From Raja brachyura (taxonomy: Eukaryota), in NCBI GenBank assembly GCA_963514005.1, contig OY740797.1:12462001-12526000 (forward strand): a stretch of DNA of 64,000 nt, read 5' to 3'. The position numbers and the translations under genes are program-made. Shown here in pieces: positions 24,547 to 37,775 of the stretch. Each line of letters opens with the position of its first letter. Position 1 is the stretch's first letter. A model generated the notes under the pieces. It did no database searches, was not told where the DNA came from, and worked only from the letters and a program-made list of their open reading frames with translations.

Positions 24547-24800
24547 AGTGCTGGAGTAACATGGTGGGTCGGGTAGCATCTCTGGAGATAAAGGATAGGT
24601 GAAGTTTCTGGTTCAGACCCTTCTTCAGACTTATTATTCACTAGGTTGCTCTTGACAGCCTAACTGCTAAAATCATAAGTCTGAAGAAGAGTCCCGACCC
24701 AAAACGTCACCTATTCCTTTTCTTCAGAATGTTGTCTGACGCACTGAGCTACTCCAGCTTTTTGTCGCTCTTTGGTTTAAACCAGCATCTGCAGTTCCTC
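24547..24800. mobile_element. Head-to-head pair of Penelope-derived short repeats
   Basis: Minus copy 24547-24630 (…cccttcttcagactta) and plus copy 24677-24800 (taagtctgaagaagagtcccgaccc…) separated by a ~45-bp spacer. Confidence 0.75.
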
Positions 24801-27097
24801 CCCACTCTTTTGCTATGTACTACCCAACTCTGGAGTTACTGAATGAAAATCTAGATATATGCTTTGTACTTGGATTTGAAAGATGCATGGAGTAGCTGCC
24901 ATACACTTTATTTTGAATGTTGTAGTTTTCAAGCTGCTGATTCATTCTGAAGATTTCTGGTTTATTCCCAAAGTAATCCACCTACAGCTGGATGCTAGAA
25001 ATTTGCTGGGCAGCTAATAACGAACCACAGGCAGAGCATTTTCAATAGCATTTGGTGTTTGGATAATGCAAAGTAATTTGATCCATCCATCAAAATATTT
25101 TTTTTGCAGAGTGAATGATATTGGAAGCCATTATCACCATTTCCTACAGGTTTGGATGTTTTGAATGCTCTCAGGGGCTCAGTTATTAGACTAAAGTGCA
25201 AACGTTAGACTAGACTAATTTAATAATCCAGACTCTTGTGCAAAGCATGACTTTAGCAGCGAGGTTGTCAAGAGTCACCAAATGAATAATAAGAGCTCTG
25301 GGCCCAGACAAGAAAAGTTGTATATTTCAGTCAGGCCATCAGTACTGGAAGTCTTGTGGAGTGCTATTCAGATTTGAAGGTACATAACCATAATGCAGCC
25401 CCTCATGGATTTGGTACTGATGTAATCCTAGCGCTTTGCTGTAGACAAATGTTTAAAGCTTCACTAGAGTTGGCGAGGAATTAAAAACCAAATACATGAA
25501 TCAAAGATGATGTTGGCAAGACGGACGGATGATGGTCAGAATGGGTTTCGAAGAGGGCTTGGGAGAACTTCAAGGTTTTGAAGGTGAAGCTGGCTGTTGT
25601 GGGCAAAATGGTAGCTAGTCGTGGGTAGAATGGTTAAGTTACTGTGCTGGCAGGTGGAATCTGAACCTTCCCTCAGACACACTGGTTTGATTTTCAAGAT
25701 GGATGTTGCAGAATGTTTAAATAATTCAAAAATCTTTAACTATCTATGAATACAAACAATACAATAATACTTTATTAGCCAAGGAATTTCATTTGCTAAG
25801 TCAGTCGTACAAATAAAAAGCAGCGGAACACACAAAATACATTCTACAAACACCACTTCCTCTCTAATGTACATCAGGAAAGAAACTATATCTTTACCCA
25901 GTTTGGCCTGTGTGACTCTAACTAGGATCTATACAAGGGTACTGCTTGTGTGGAGGGAGCAATTGAATTGACCCTGGTCATTGTACCATAGTGACTGACA
26001 AAATGTATGCAGGCAGTCCAAATTAAATGTGGGTGGCTAGAGCTTTGAGGCAGCAGCCTTAAAACATTTACAATAAATCTGGGATTGACATTTTTGATCT
26101 TGTTACTATGAAATGTTCATGGCATTAAGATTTAATTGCTGTATTTAGAATTCAAAGAGGTACTTTGATATCGGTGCGTGACATAAAATATGTTAATGAC
26201 AAATACTAGAACTTTATCAAATATCATAGACATGGAGTGCTCGTTAAGCTTTTACTTGGTTAATGCAATTAAAATGTTAAATAAAAGAGGATAATGTGCA
26301 GGTGTAATATTTTCAACACTTGGTTAGTTTAATATCAGGACATTATATAATTGACATTTTATGAAAGGCTTCGTGTTTATACTGCCTACAAACTGCTCAG
26401 CATGTATGTGATGTATCTATTATAATTGTAAATGATCTTTCAACTTGACGACAATTCAATTAGAGTGTCTAATTTTTTTTTCTAGCTAGTATAGTATTGT
26501 GATGCTTTTTCCTGAGTACTGACTTGAGTTATGAAAGCACCCTGCCTCAACTTGCCGTATCCAGCTTCACCTGGTCGTTTTCTTGTGTATGGCGTCCACA
26601 GCCTAAAGTTGTTCAATTTGATCTTATTTGATTGTGCACATCAGGCTGATTGCATTTGTGGAAACGGGGCAGACCACATGAAGGTTGCAATCTCCCACCC
26701 CAAGCTTCATCTGGTGTACAGCTGTTTGTTTCCCAGCTCTGAAGTATCTGCCTGGTGTCTTTTCGATGCTGGCTCCAACTACTGAATGGTCTGGTTAATG
26801 GGTAAAGACAAGGAGTGCAGCCCAGTGCCAGATTTCTGGCAGACAAGCTGCATTGAAATATGTGATCTGGAAAAAATGCTCTTGAACTCTTGTTGTTAGG
26901 ACACCTTACTTTATTGTGAAGATTAATTTCCTTGCAGATATTTAAAATTATTTTTCGGTGCATGTGACATTTGGGTCGAAGTTTAAATCCCGTGCTGCAA
27001 TGTATTATTCTAAAAAAAAAACTGCTTCCATTTAAAATGTTTATTGCAGACAGAACAAAATTTGTGGAAGATTCTTTATTGGTTTAATAGTTTAAGA

Positions 27098-27636
27098 GTA
27101 TGGTGTACAATTTTGGTCGCCTAATTATAGGAAGGATGTCAACAAAATAGAGAGAGTACAGAGGAGATTCACTAGAATGTTGCCTGGGTTCCAGCAACTA
27201 AGTTACAGAGAAAGGTTGAACAAGTTAGGTCTTTATTCTTTGGAGCGCAGAAGGTTAAGGGGGGACTTGATTGAGGTCTTTAAAATGATGAAAGGGATAG
27301 ACAGAGTTGACGTGGATAAGCTTTTCCCATTGAGGGTAGGAAAGATTCAAACAAGAGGGCATGACATGAGAATTAAGGGACAGAAGTTTAGGGGTAACAT
27401 GAGGGGGAACTTCTTTACTCTGAGAGTGGTAGCTGTGTGGAATGATCTTCCTGCAGAAGTGGTGGAGGCAGGATCGATTTTAACATTTAAAAGTAAAGTG
27501 TATAGGTACATGGAAGGGAATGGAGAGGGTATGGTCTGAGTGCAGGTAGATGGGACTAGGGGAAAATAAATGGTCGGCACGGACTGGAAGGGCCGAGAGG
27601 GCCTGTTTCCGTGCTGTAATTGTTATATGGTTATAT
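27098..27636 (+). mobile_element. Young CR1 LINE 3' end
   Basis: ORF 27177-27539 reads MLPGFQQLSYRERLNKLGLYSLERRRLRGDLIEVFKMMKG...TRGH...FFTLRVVAVWNDLP; tail gcctgtttccgtgctgtaa. Confidence 0.95.
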
Positions 27637-29223
27637 TAAGTTGTTGAGATGATAACGATCAAAGTTTAGGAGCTGATCTGGCTGGATTGAAACTGTGTGA
27701 CAGAATTTAGGTGCTTGAATCTAGTTCCAGCAAAGACAATGGTGAAAATTTGACAGCAGATGAGTTAAGACACATGCAGATTAAGTTGCCTTTCTTGAAC
27801 GTGAATACCTCGCATTCCTTTGGTGCTCTGCTTCTGGACAGTTGCCATAACAAGTATTACAATTTGTTATTTGTGGATCCAATCTGGGTGACTTTATATT
27901 GCCTCAATTGAAGCCCACCTACACTTGACTGAAGCTCCTTTTTGTCTCTTTCCCTAACCTTTTGTCACACCCACACCTCAATATACAACATCGCATTGCA
28001 CAAACGTTCAAAGGTCTTTTATTGTCATGTGTACCAATTAAGGTACAGTGATATTCGATTTACCATACAGCCATACTAAAAAAAAAAGCAACAAGACACA
28101 CAACTACATAAAAGTTAACATAAACATCCACCACAGTCGAACCATCCTCAGTCAGGGCGATCTAAGCTCCTGAAGCCAGGGCAATCGAATCCCCCGAGTC
28201 ACGGCGATCGAAAAGTAATTTCCAGAAACCTTAATAAAAACATCCTAAGATGCTCTCTTAACACTGATCACTGACTTTCTGATTTGGATTGGTTGGATAT
28301 GCATTTAAACATCTTAATTTTTCAGGTTCTCAATCAGTGATATTCCAGTAACTTTTCCACAATTCGGCAGACAAGCCTAGTTTCATTCTTCCCTCTTAGT
28401 GCAATCATCTTGCACTCCTGAAAAATGGATACAAACTACAAATTGAATAGATCTGCTACTTTTCTTTCAAGCTGGTTCAGCTTGCACGTACGGTCGAATA
28501 ATATCTTGGATTTTTGTAATACTTTATCCATTGGTTTTCCCCTTGTTTTACTGTGAGCTACCTTCATATGATACAATTCCTGTCTCATTTTCTTCATGGG
28601 TATTGCCTACCGCACACCATAGATTATTTAAAACTACTTTAAGTGATTTATGCACTTAATTATTTGGGATACTTTCTCTATTCAGCCAGGTTTGCTGTGG
28701 CTAATTAATTTCTCATTCTTTTAAGTCTGTCTTACTTAGCTTTGGCACTGTTTCTGTGCTACTCCCTCGCATACTTGGTGTTAGGTGCATAATCACTAAA
28801 AGGGCAAAGGTAAAGCCATGGTATGTAGTAGACTTTGTGACAGGTTTAAAGTTATGGTCACAGTTAAGGAAGTCTAATTCCAGTTGATTACTAAATCCAA
28901 TTATATCTTGGGCCATTATTGATAATGCAAACAAACATGCAATATTCCACATATTCATTGGCTTTGCAGCTCCAAACTATTCTGTTCCTCTCAGTAAATG
29001 TTAAATATCCCTTAACTCTCCATTACACCCTGCTTATTTCTTTGTTTCCCCCTAACCCTGTATTCAAGACTGTTAACAATACCTTTGCCCTGCACACTTT
29101 CTCCCCGTTTCCAGTGCCTCGCCACTCGTGTTAATCTATCTCCTGCAATTACATCTTTTTGTCACATTACAGGAGAAAGATGTATTCCTCCCCCTCCTCA
29201 CTTCCTATCATCTAATTAAAAAT

Positions 29224-29505
29224 ACGGCAGCCTGCGAGAGCAGCTGCCTCAGAGTGGCAGAGACATGAGGTCAATCCTAACCACTGGTGCTGTCATTGTC
29301 GTGTTTTCAGGTTCTCACTGTGACTGAGAGTGTCCTCCCACATCTCAATGCGTGTGATTTTGCAGGTTAATTAACCTTTGCCAATTTCCCCTGGTGTGCA
29401 GGGAGTCAATGAGCAAGTAGTGTAATATAGAACTAGAACAAATGGGTGATAAATTCTTGGCATAGTTTCAGTGGGCCGAATGCCTTTTTTGCATTTCTCT
29501 ATACT
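29224..29505 (+). mobile_element. Degenerate HE1-like SINE
   Basis: tRNA-like head (cagctgcctcag..ggcagagac...tcaatcctaaccactggtgctgtc), core cctcccacatc, tail gtgggccgaatgcct. Confidence 0.6.
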
Positions 29506-32029
29506 TAGGTTGGATTTAACGGATTGGTTCACTTTTCATTGTAATGTTGTGTAATCATCAGATTATGGAATCCAATTTTGCAAGCCCGACATTGGAATCC
29601 AACTTTACAAGCCTGTCATAGTTTGAAGAGACTTGTGACGCTTAAATTGGGGAGTTGACCTAGAGCGGAGACCACTTTCTCCAAACCTTGTTTGTAAAAA
29701 AAATATTTTGTGATCCTTCTGCCTAGGCACATGTACCTTCCTGTTGTGGCCAGGACACTGTAGGACAGCAGCAAGGGCTACAGGGGGCTCCGAAGGAATT
29801 ATTTGAGTACTTGCAAGCTCTAGATGAAAAGGCTCGTTTTTTTTTGTTTAAATGTCTTGTAACCTTATCAGGTAATTGGTCACCTGACTGGATTGACCTT
29901 GCTGAGAGAAGGATCATGTCACATGAAAGTGATCCTCTTTATTGTACTGAGAATGATGCCTCAGTTGCACCATCAGGCACGCCTATTTGCTTTTGGCTTC
30001 CCTTCCATTCTGTCCTCGCCAAATGAGAATGCTCATGGTTGAGCCAATGCCTTTTGGCTGAAGTACTAACGTGCCTTTTGGCTTATTCTCTGTCCGCACA
30101 TTTTGTCTGTGATCAGTAATTTAGTGTAAATGGATGCATTGAAACTAGTGGATGAAATATGCTTTGTTTAGAATTACAACACTAAATGGAGGCTATATAC
30201 GTACCTTGCATGTTATGTGCTTACTGAGTCATTTAGACTTACAATCTTAAATAGAGTTACAGTATGCTTACCAAGTCCAAAAGCGGAATCCTAATTGCAA
30301 CCTTAAATAACACCCTTCCTCTAGTGCTTCATGATACTAAACGATCCATGCATTATGGTTATTTAGCATTATGATACACAATTTAAGGTTTTAATTTGAA
30401 TTCAGTTTTTGGACTTGGTAAGGATGTGCAGTTCAGATTAAGAAAGAAATGAATGTGAAAGATGTTGGCTTGCTCCAAATTAATTGCTTTATTTATACAA
30501 TACTATACCACAGGACATGCTGGTAGTCACAAATTAATTTCAATGGATAAATTATGCATCTAATAGATTCTTAAAAATGAGCATTTTTTTTCAGTAAATG
30601 CAATATCATTAATTCTAATCAATTAAAATGCAAATTATACTGCTGTTGCGATCTAATTTGGTAGACTGCCAGTGCAATGCTGTGGCATTTTTAATTATCA
30701 TTGATATGTGCTATGAGGTGGACATCAATGATCTGTAGTACAGGGAGACTCGTGACAAATGTTCAAGGCTATCCATTTAAACAGCAAGACTGGATCAAAC
30801 TTCACAATTTCCTGTTGTGATCTTCATGTCGTGAACAGATATGATTTCATGTTTGGAAACCTTTTTCAATTTGGAGAACAAGAGGAGCTTTTGTAGCTCT
30901 ACATAGAAATCCGTTGATATAACATTTCTCCCCTCCAAACATCAAATTACATCAATTTTATCGAGATGCATTCAGCGAATGGCATAAGATGGTGGTTTGT
31001 ACTACAGCTCAGCAAGTCAGTCAGCGTCTCTGGAGAACATGGAAAGGCAACGTTTTGGCTCGGGATTTTTTTTTAATTCAAGGGTCTGACCCTCGAAACG
31101 GAATCCAGATGGGTCCCAATCCAAAACATTGCCTTGTGTCGACAATTAATTGACCAGATTTTGTTTGATTTGAAATGGACAGATTATCCCTGTCTATCAA
31201 ATGGCATTGTCTATGGCTTCTTGATAAATTGGGAAAGTTTCCATGTCTAATCAAATGGACTGTTTTATTAACTATGCGGATATTGTACTTCTATATCGAG
31301 ATGTGGAAAAGTCATAATTAGCACGAGGAGGATAAAATGAATTCTCTCTACTCTCTGTAATAGCAATTTATGCAGTCCTACCAAGCTGTCTGCAGATTTA
31401 CATGCAAGTATTAATCTGGATTAATTTTTTTCAAATTGACAATTGAATCTCTCCTGTCATCCTTTCAAACATTTTAACAAAATAAATATACAGGAAATTC
31501 AGTACGCCTTTAGGTACAAGGCAACGCATTCATTGTCATTAAAAAAAAAAAAGGTTTGTCCAGTTTTTAAATTATTGCAATCATAAAATGGCCAGATGTG
31601 GGTGGTGCGAATTTGAGCGGTCTCTTCACTTGCTGCTCCAGTTGATTTTAAGCAAAATTTCAACAGTGCAGGTCTGTCAATCAGATTATCCTGTTGTCAT
31701 ATTAAACCTAATACTGGTATGGTATATCTGGAGAGTATAGAGACAATCGGGATTCAGTTTTGAGTTGGCTGTATCTTGTTGCGTTTGTGCGGTGGAGAAG
31801 GTGTTAGATTTACAGCAGGCCACATTCCAGAAGTAAACCAACTGGTCTGAATAGTTTTAGATTGGGTACGCATTCAACAATGCCAAAAATGCAGGCTGCT
31901 TTTACTGTATATTGTTGACTGGCTGTTTACATTATTTGAGCTTGTCCTTTTGAGTAGTTTCATATTTCTCTCTCATTACTAGCGATAATACAGAGCTGGT
32001 GAGAGACTTATTACGATTTTTTTTATCCT

Positions 32030-32390
32030 TGTGATACCCTGCCTCGGATGGAAGATGGGCAGCATTTAGAAATGAGAGGGAAGAGCAAGGCAGAAGCTAG
32101 TACTTGATCGATGGAACCAGATAAGGCAGAGACTATGATAGATGGAACCAGGTGGGGGAGGGTGATGTTTAAGTAACGATGGGAGGAAAAGATGAATAAA
32201 GGGAGAGAGATCCTGGGTGGGTTTGCATCATTGGGAAAGGGACCGGACTTGCAGTGAGTTACCTGAAATTGGAAATTCAATGTTCATGTTGTCAGGCTGT
32301 AGGTACCTCGAGTGAATTGAGGTACTGTTCTGCTGGTTTGCGTTTGGCCTCATTGTGGCAGTGGGCAAGGCTGTGGATGGACAGATGAGA
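32030..32390 (-). mobile_element. Older Penelope-like 3' fragment
   Basis: gttacctgaaattggaaattcaatgttcat...gaggtactgttc...ttgcgtttggcctca parallels 20586-20720. Confidence 0.6.
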
Positions 32391-34603
32391 GAAGAGCTAA
32401 TGCTGACATTGCTAATGTGGGTGATGAAACATAGAGACCATTCTTAAGTATTAAGCAATCTATCATCACTTTGAAATTTGATTTTATTCATTAAAATAAT
32501 GGCAGTCACTGTCAGACTGAGGGTAATTTGTTTTTTTTGTTAAAGACTACATATGATTAAATTGTTGCAGCTTTTTTAGATAATGGGGAATTGGAAGGTT
32601 GGGGTTTTAAATCACAATCTGGGTCTTCAAATGGCTCATGAGCAAGATAGAGCTGGCAATATTATGGACTAGATCCCATGCAATGCTCTCTGCAGCGCCC
32701 AGAATCATCCTTCCTCCAATGTTCCCTGCCACTTGCCTGGACCAGATGCCAAGTCTGATCTAGCTGATTATCTGAAGTAATTAAACTTTAAAACACAGTA
32801 CTAATAAATAATGGCGCAAGCAAATAATTGAGAGATCTTGGCTTCATCGTTACATACTAATTGGAGAACCTAGAATCTCCACTTGATATCAATGGATCTT
32901 GATTGTGCATTGTGTACCAACTGTGACCTGACGTGGGTCGGAGAGGTTTTTTTTTTTCTCTGCGAAATTCAAGCACGATAGTCTAGACTCCAGATGTCTG
33001 ACAAAGTGGAAAAATCTCTCTCCTTCCATTTATTAGCAAGCCCTGCACCTGTATCCCATGTAGTAATCCAGAACTTAGTTCCATTTATATGGCTGAACCT
33101 TGACCTTCCGATCCATTGCCACAGCCATCATAATCTAGCCCAGGAGTAAACACTGGGATATGATGACCATTCTAACGCGCAGAAAATAATATTCTATTGA
33201 AAATTACATGTGAAGATTCTTGTGGTACACAGCTCAGTACTGGGACGTTTGTATTGCTGAGTTTATGAAATATTGTATCCATAATTTCCTTGCTTTCATT
33301 TATTGATCAGCAAATTCTGCAGTGGCAATGCATCTAGCTATCCAGGTCTTGAACCAAGGCTATTACTGATCAATCGATATAGGCAGCATTAACTGTTTCT
33401 GCAATCCTAATTATGGTGTAGATTTTAATATTGTTCCTGAATCTTCGCCTGTAACTGGTTGCAAATGGACAGTGAAGATTGCCCCAGGGTATCTTGAATC
33501 CTGACTGTATTAAGTAATGGAATTTGCATAAAACCGTATCGCACCAGTCACTTCAAACATTTGGCACATTTCTTGGCAGCAAAGCATGAAGATGAATGGT
33601 CTATTCTGTTTGTCAGAGAAATGGTCCCCAGGGCACTGTATTCTACAGGGCATTTGAATCTACATGGAATCCTCCATAAAAGGAGTTGAGTGCAGAGAGT
33701 CTTGTTACAGCACAGGTTATATGCATGCCAGTGACCAATTGCATGTTTTTTTTCTTTAAACAAATCTTTGCATTCACTTTTTATCAAGCCCCTTCCAGTG
33801 CCAGAATACCAATAATCACCACAATAGCAGTAAATGCACAGTACATTATTCTTGATTCTGTGATAAATCGTAAGGTTGTTCCTAAATTAAATTGCCTGGG
33901 TTGAAATCTTAGCCTTGAAGGCGATCGGCTGCAGAGGCAGTAGGGGTTCCCCCTCCCGCACTCGTGCCCCCCCCCCCCCCCCCCCCCCCCCCGAACTTCA
34001 TGAGTCCAGCTCTCCTCATGAGTTCCATTGTACCCTTGTTATGTAGCTAAGAAATAATTCTCAGAAGCCGAGAGCCAGGTACATGTCACTTAAAAAATTG
34101 AAGCACCTTTTGGTGCCAAAAAAAAAAATCTTTTGAATATAAGAAATTTCATTTCACACGTCATATTTCCTCTACCATTAGGTCATTAGAACAGGTGCAC
34201 GGGGGTGGGGGGGACAGTTTTAAACTGGAATAACTAAAAGGTTTGCACTTTTGAATTTCTTCCTTTTTGCAAGGTTATTCTTAATGTAAATATACATGGA
34301 CAGGCTTGTTACTTGAGAGTTAATTTAGAAAAAAATCAAGATAAGGCATTAATTGCTTAAATTCATGATTAGTTTTTTTTCTCCCGGTGATATTTTAGTC
34401 AATCTTGAATTAGCATAATTCTCCTCCAGATCAAATGTAAACATTATTTCTAGGCCCTCTTCCATACTGTTTTTGGCTTGTAACTACTGTTGGCTTTTGC
34501 TGTATTTAAAATTGCAGCTGGCTTACAAGGACAACATTTCTAATCAGAATTGATCAGATTAAAACTGACAGTGACTGCCTGAGACAAATCTAACTGAACA
34601 ATG

Positions 34604-35097
34604 AAGACGCAAGGAACTGCGGATGCTGGAATCTTGAGCAAAACACAAAGTACTAGAGGAACTCGGCGAGTCTGGCAGCACGTGGAGGGAATAGACAGGC
34701 GACATCTTCAGACTGACTGGATGGGGGTTGGTGAAGGCTTAAAAAGAAAGTTGGGAACAAAGCCAGCCAAGTGTTAAGTGGGTACAGGTGAGGGGGTGTG
34801 ATTGGCAGATGGGTGGAATAAATGACAGTCAATGGGTGAGAAGGAGAGATGGGTGTCTGATAAGCAAGAGGGAGCAATGGTGACATGTAAAGCTGGAGGA
34901 AGGGATGTGGATGGAAGGGAATCTGAAATTGTGGTGAGTTTTGGATGATATATGGGACTCGTGGCTTCTCCTCCCTCTTTTCCACCTCTGCCCCGACTCC
35001 ATCTGTCTGAAGAAGGGTCCCAACCTGGAACATTTTCTATTCATTCGCTCCACAGATGCTCTCTGACCTGCCGGCGCCTTCTCGCACTTTGTTTTTT
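34604..35097. mobile_element. Penelope-derived element with inverted terminal segments
   Basis: Minus copy from aaggaactgcggatgctgg; plus copy ccatctgtctgaagaagggtcccaacc…cacagatgct at the right end; inner arms tcttcagact / gtctgaaga. Confidence 0.65.
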
Positions 35098-35999
35098 TAG
35101 GTTGAAACTGAACAAGGTGTTAGACTTGATGCGTTGTTAACTTCAGCTGGGTGGTTATTCAGTTTTTTCCACAGTGTTAGTTATGTGAGCTGTGTGATAT
35201 TTGGATTTTGGATGTTCGAAGCATTTAAGCAGCGGTTTATTGTCGTGACTTTTTTTTGGGGGGAAGGGCGGGTGATCATTTTTCAGCACTACAATATGCA
35301 AATCATCAAGTTTTAGCAGATTGGATAAGAAGTAGGTTGCACATGTGTGAACTCTGCAAATGTGCAACGTACTACGTATCCAGTTCCCTAAAACCTGATT
35401 AAAATCTTCAATTCAGGACATCTTATTTATTTGCATTTAAATTGCTTCTCTGCTTCTAGAATAAGCTGAAGTTATGTGTATAGTATTCCAAATGAGAACT
35501 GACAAAGACTTGCTCTATAAGCTTTCAATTAAGGTAGTGAACACAACTTGTGCCTTGCAGCCTGTGGTTGTATTAATCAGATTGGCTTAAGGCCTGTTTT
35601 CTATCTTGATGTAGATCCATCATTGCTGTCTGCTGTGCAACAATTCATCCATACTGCCAGCTGTGTGATTTATACATGTCAAGTTTTTTTTGTTCCTGGA
35701 TATCGAATATGAGAAGGAGAGGCAGTTTGAGGATGAGGTGACTTTTTTTAACCCTGTGTTGGAGCTTCATATCCAATTGCTAATTGGATCATGATCCTGT
35801 ATTTTTGACCGTAAGCCCAGGAATTTATAAGTCGACATTACTGCTGCCATTGCTGATGTCTACTTGGTTGGAGCTCTCGACTGAATGTTTAGTTGCACCT
35901 TGCATTTTTTCAAACTGCTCTGTGGCATAGTATTTGCAGAGCAAAACTGGGACACTTAATCCAGTAGTAAGCGTTTCACCTTAACACTTGAGGTTGAAG

Positions 36000-36400
36000 T
36001 CATGGAATAATGGAGTATGGAAATAAGCCCTTTGGCCCAACCCGTACATGCTGACCAAGATGTCTATTTGAACGAGTCCCACCTGCCTGATTTGGCCCAT
36101 GTCCCTGCAACTTTCCTATCCATATGACTAAATATCTATTAAACACTATTTTTACCCACCTCTGGCAGCTTCCTCTGGCACTTCGTTCCATGTACCCACC
36201 TGCCTCTGTATGTAAATGTTGCCTCTCGAGTCCCTTTTAAATGTCTCCCCTCTAACCTTAAACTTATACCCTCCAGTTTAGACTCCCCTATCCTAGGAGC
36301 GTAGCCATCAATCGCCTCTGCCCTTCATGATTTAATATACCTCTATAAGGTCAGTCTTCAACCTCGTGCGCACTTGGGAAACAGTCCCAGCTTCTCCTGC
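36000..36400 (-). mobile_element. CR1 LINE 3' fragment
   Basis: ggaaataagccctttggcccaac...ctctggcacttcgttcca...tatacctctataaggtca. Confidence 0.75.
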
Positions 36401-37334
36401 AGAGATTAATTCCTGGTACAAATTAACAATGCAGGTAAACACTGGTTCTGTTTTATTGCTTTTTGTCACCCCATTAAAGTAATTGGATTTTGAAGAAAAA
36501 AGAAAGCATTAAACACTTATTGGTCTGTCCAGATTTTGTAATTTATAGCAGAAATGGGCCATGCATTCATGATTGTTGGTGCACACAGCTGTCTGATCTA
36601 GCAGCAGTGCTCTACAGGGCATTTTGGCTCCCGGTACAGCAAGCAACATTCAGTCATTCAGACTGAATTCTCACTGAAACAGCATAAAAATAATATTTAC
36701 TTTAAAACATAACGTTACAGAAGGGGAAAGAAGATACGATTAAGTATTTAAAATCTGCATTATTTGAAGAACACTTTTTTTTCCCTCTTCCTGAAAATGG
36801 ACCTTTGCTAGAATCCAGTGGCATAAATACCAGCAGCATTCCTTTACCTTGGCAAATGCATATTCCGCATTGGCATGCTCTGATTCCTGCTTGAAGCAAC
36901 TCTGTTTTGCCCTCTGATATTGACAAATTCTTTCCTTTAAGATCACAAGAGTGTAGAGCGGAATTCTTACTCGAGACTCTAAGTACTATTGCTCAATGTT
37001 CTTGTATCAGAGACGGGATGCATGCGTGGCCAACTCGCGTGAATGCATCATGGCCTGTGTTTTTCTTTCCACTGTTATAACTAATAACGACCACTTCAGT
37101 GTGCAGAATTTATTTAACCATTGCTTCTGGTATATTTCATTATCTTGGATGCTGATTAACTGGTTGTTTTGTTTGTAAAAAAACTCCCCATCCCATCTTA
37201 ACAATTTGCTATTTGTCATGAATGGGATCATATTTCCATTGTGGACAAATCAACAACTGATTGCTACAGGTATCAGGACCTGAAGTGTTTTGTGCCAGTT
37301 ATCGGGTCCACGTTTCCCATGAGGCCTTCCATTA

Positions 37335-37775
37335 AGTCACACAGCACAGAGGTAGGCCTTTCAGACCACCTTGCCCAATGGTGACAAAGTTGGCGTTCCA
37401 GGTAGTCCTTTTTGCCTGCATTTGACCCATAGCTCTCTAAAACCCTTCCTATTCATATATTTGTCCAAATGGCATTTCAAAATTCATAGTTGTATCTGCT
37501 TCTATAGCTGCTTCTGGCAGCTCATTCCAGGTATGAACCACTCTCTTAATGGAAAAAAGTTGGCCCTGTGGCCCTTAAACCTCTCCCTTCTCATCTTGAA
37601 CCAATGTTCCCTAGTTTTAGAATCCTCTATCCTGGGAGTAAGACTGGGTGTTTATCCATGCTTCTCATGATCTAGTACACCTCAATAAGGTCACACTTCA
37701 GCCTCCTGCACTCTAAAGAAGGAAATCCAAGCCTATCTAATGTCACCCTACTCAAGCCAGCAAGTGCAGGTAATG
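37335..37775 (-). mobile_element. CR1 LINE 3' fragment
   Basis: ttctggcagctcattccagg...tacacctcaataaggtcacacttcagcctcctgcactctaaagaa. Confidence 0.7.

Noticed and set aside
33967-33992. Long C/G homopolymers (also ~9217, 16675, 20747, 40479, 49795, 60340)
   Set aside because: Simple homopolymer runs with unreliable length and no evidence of function.
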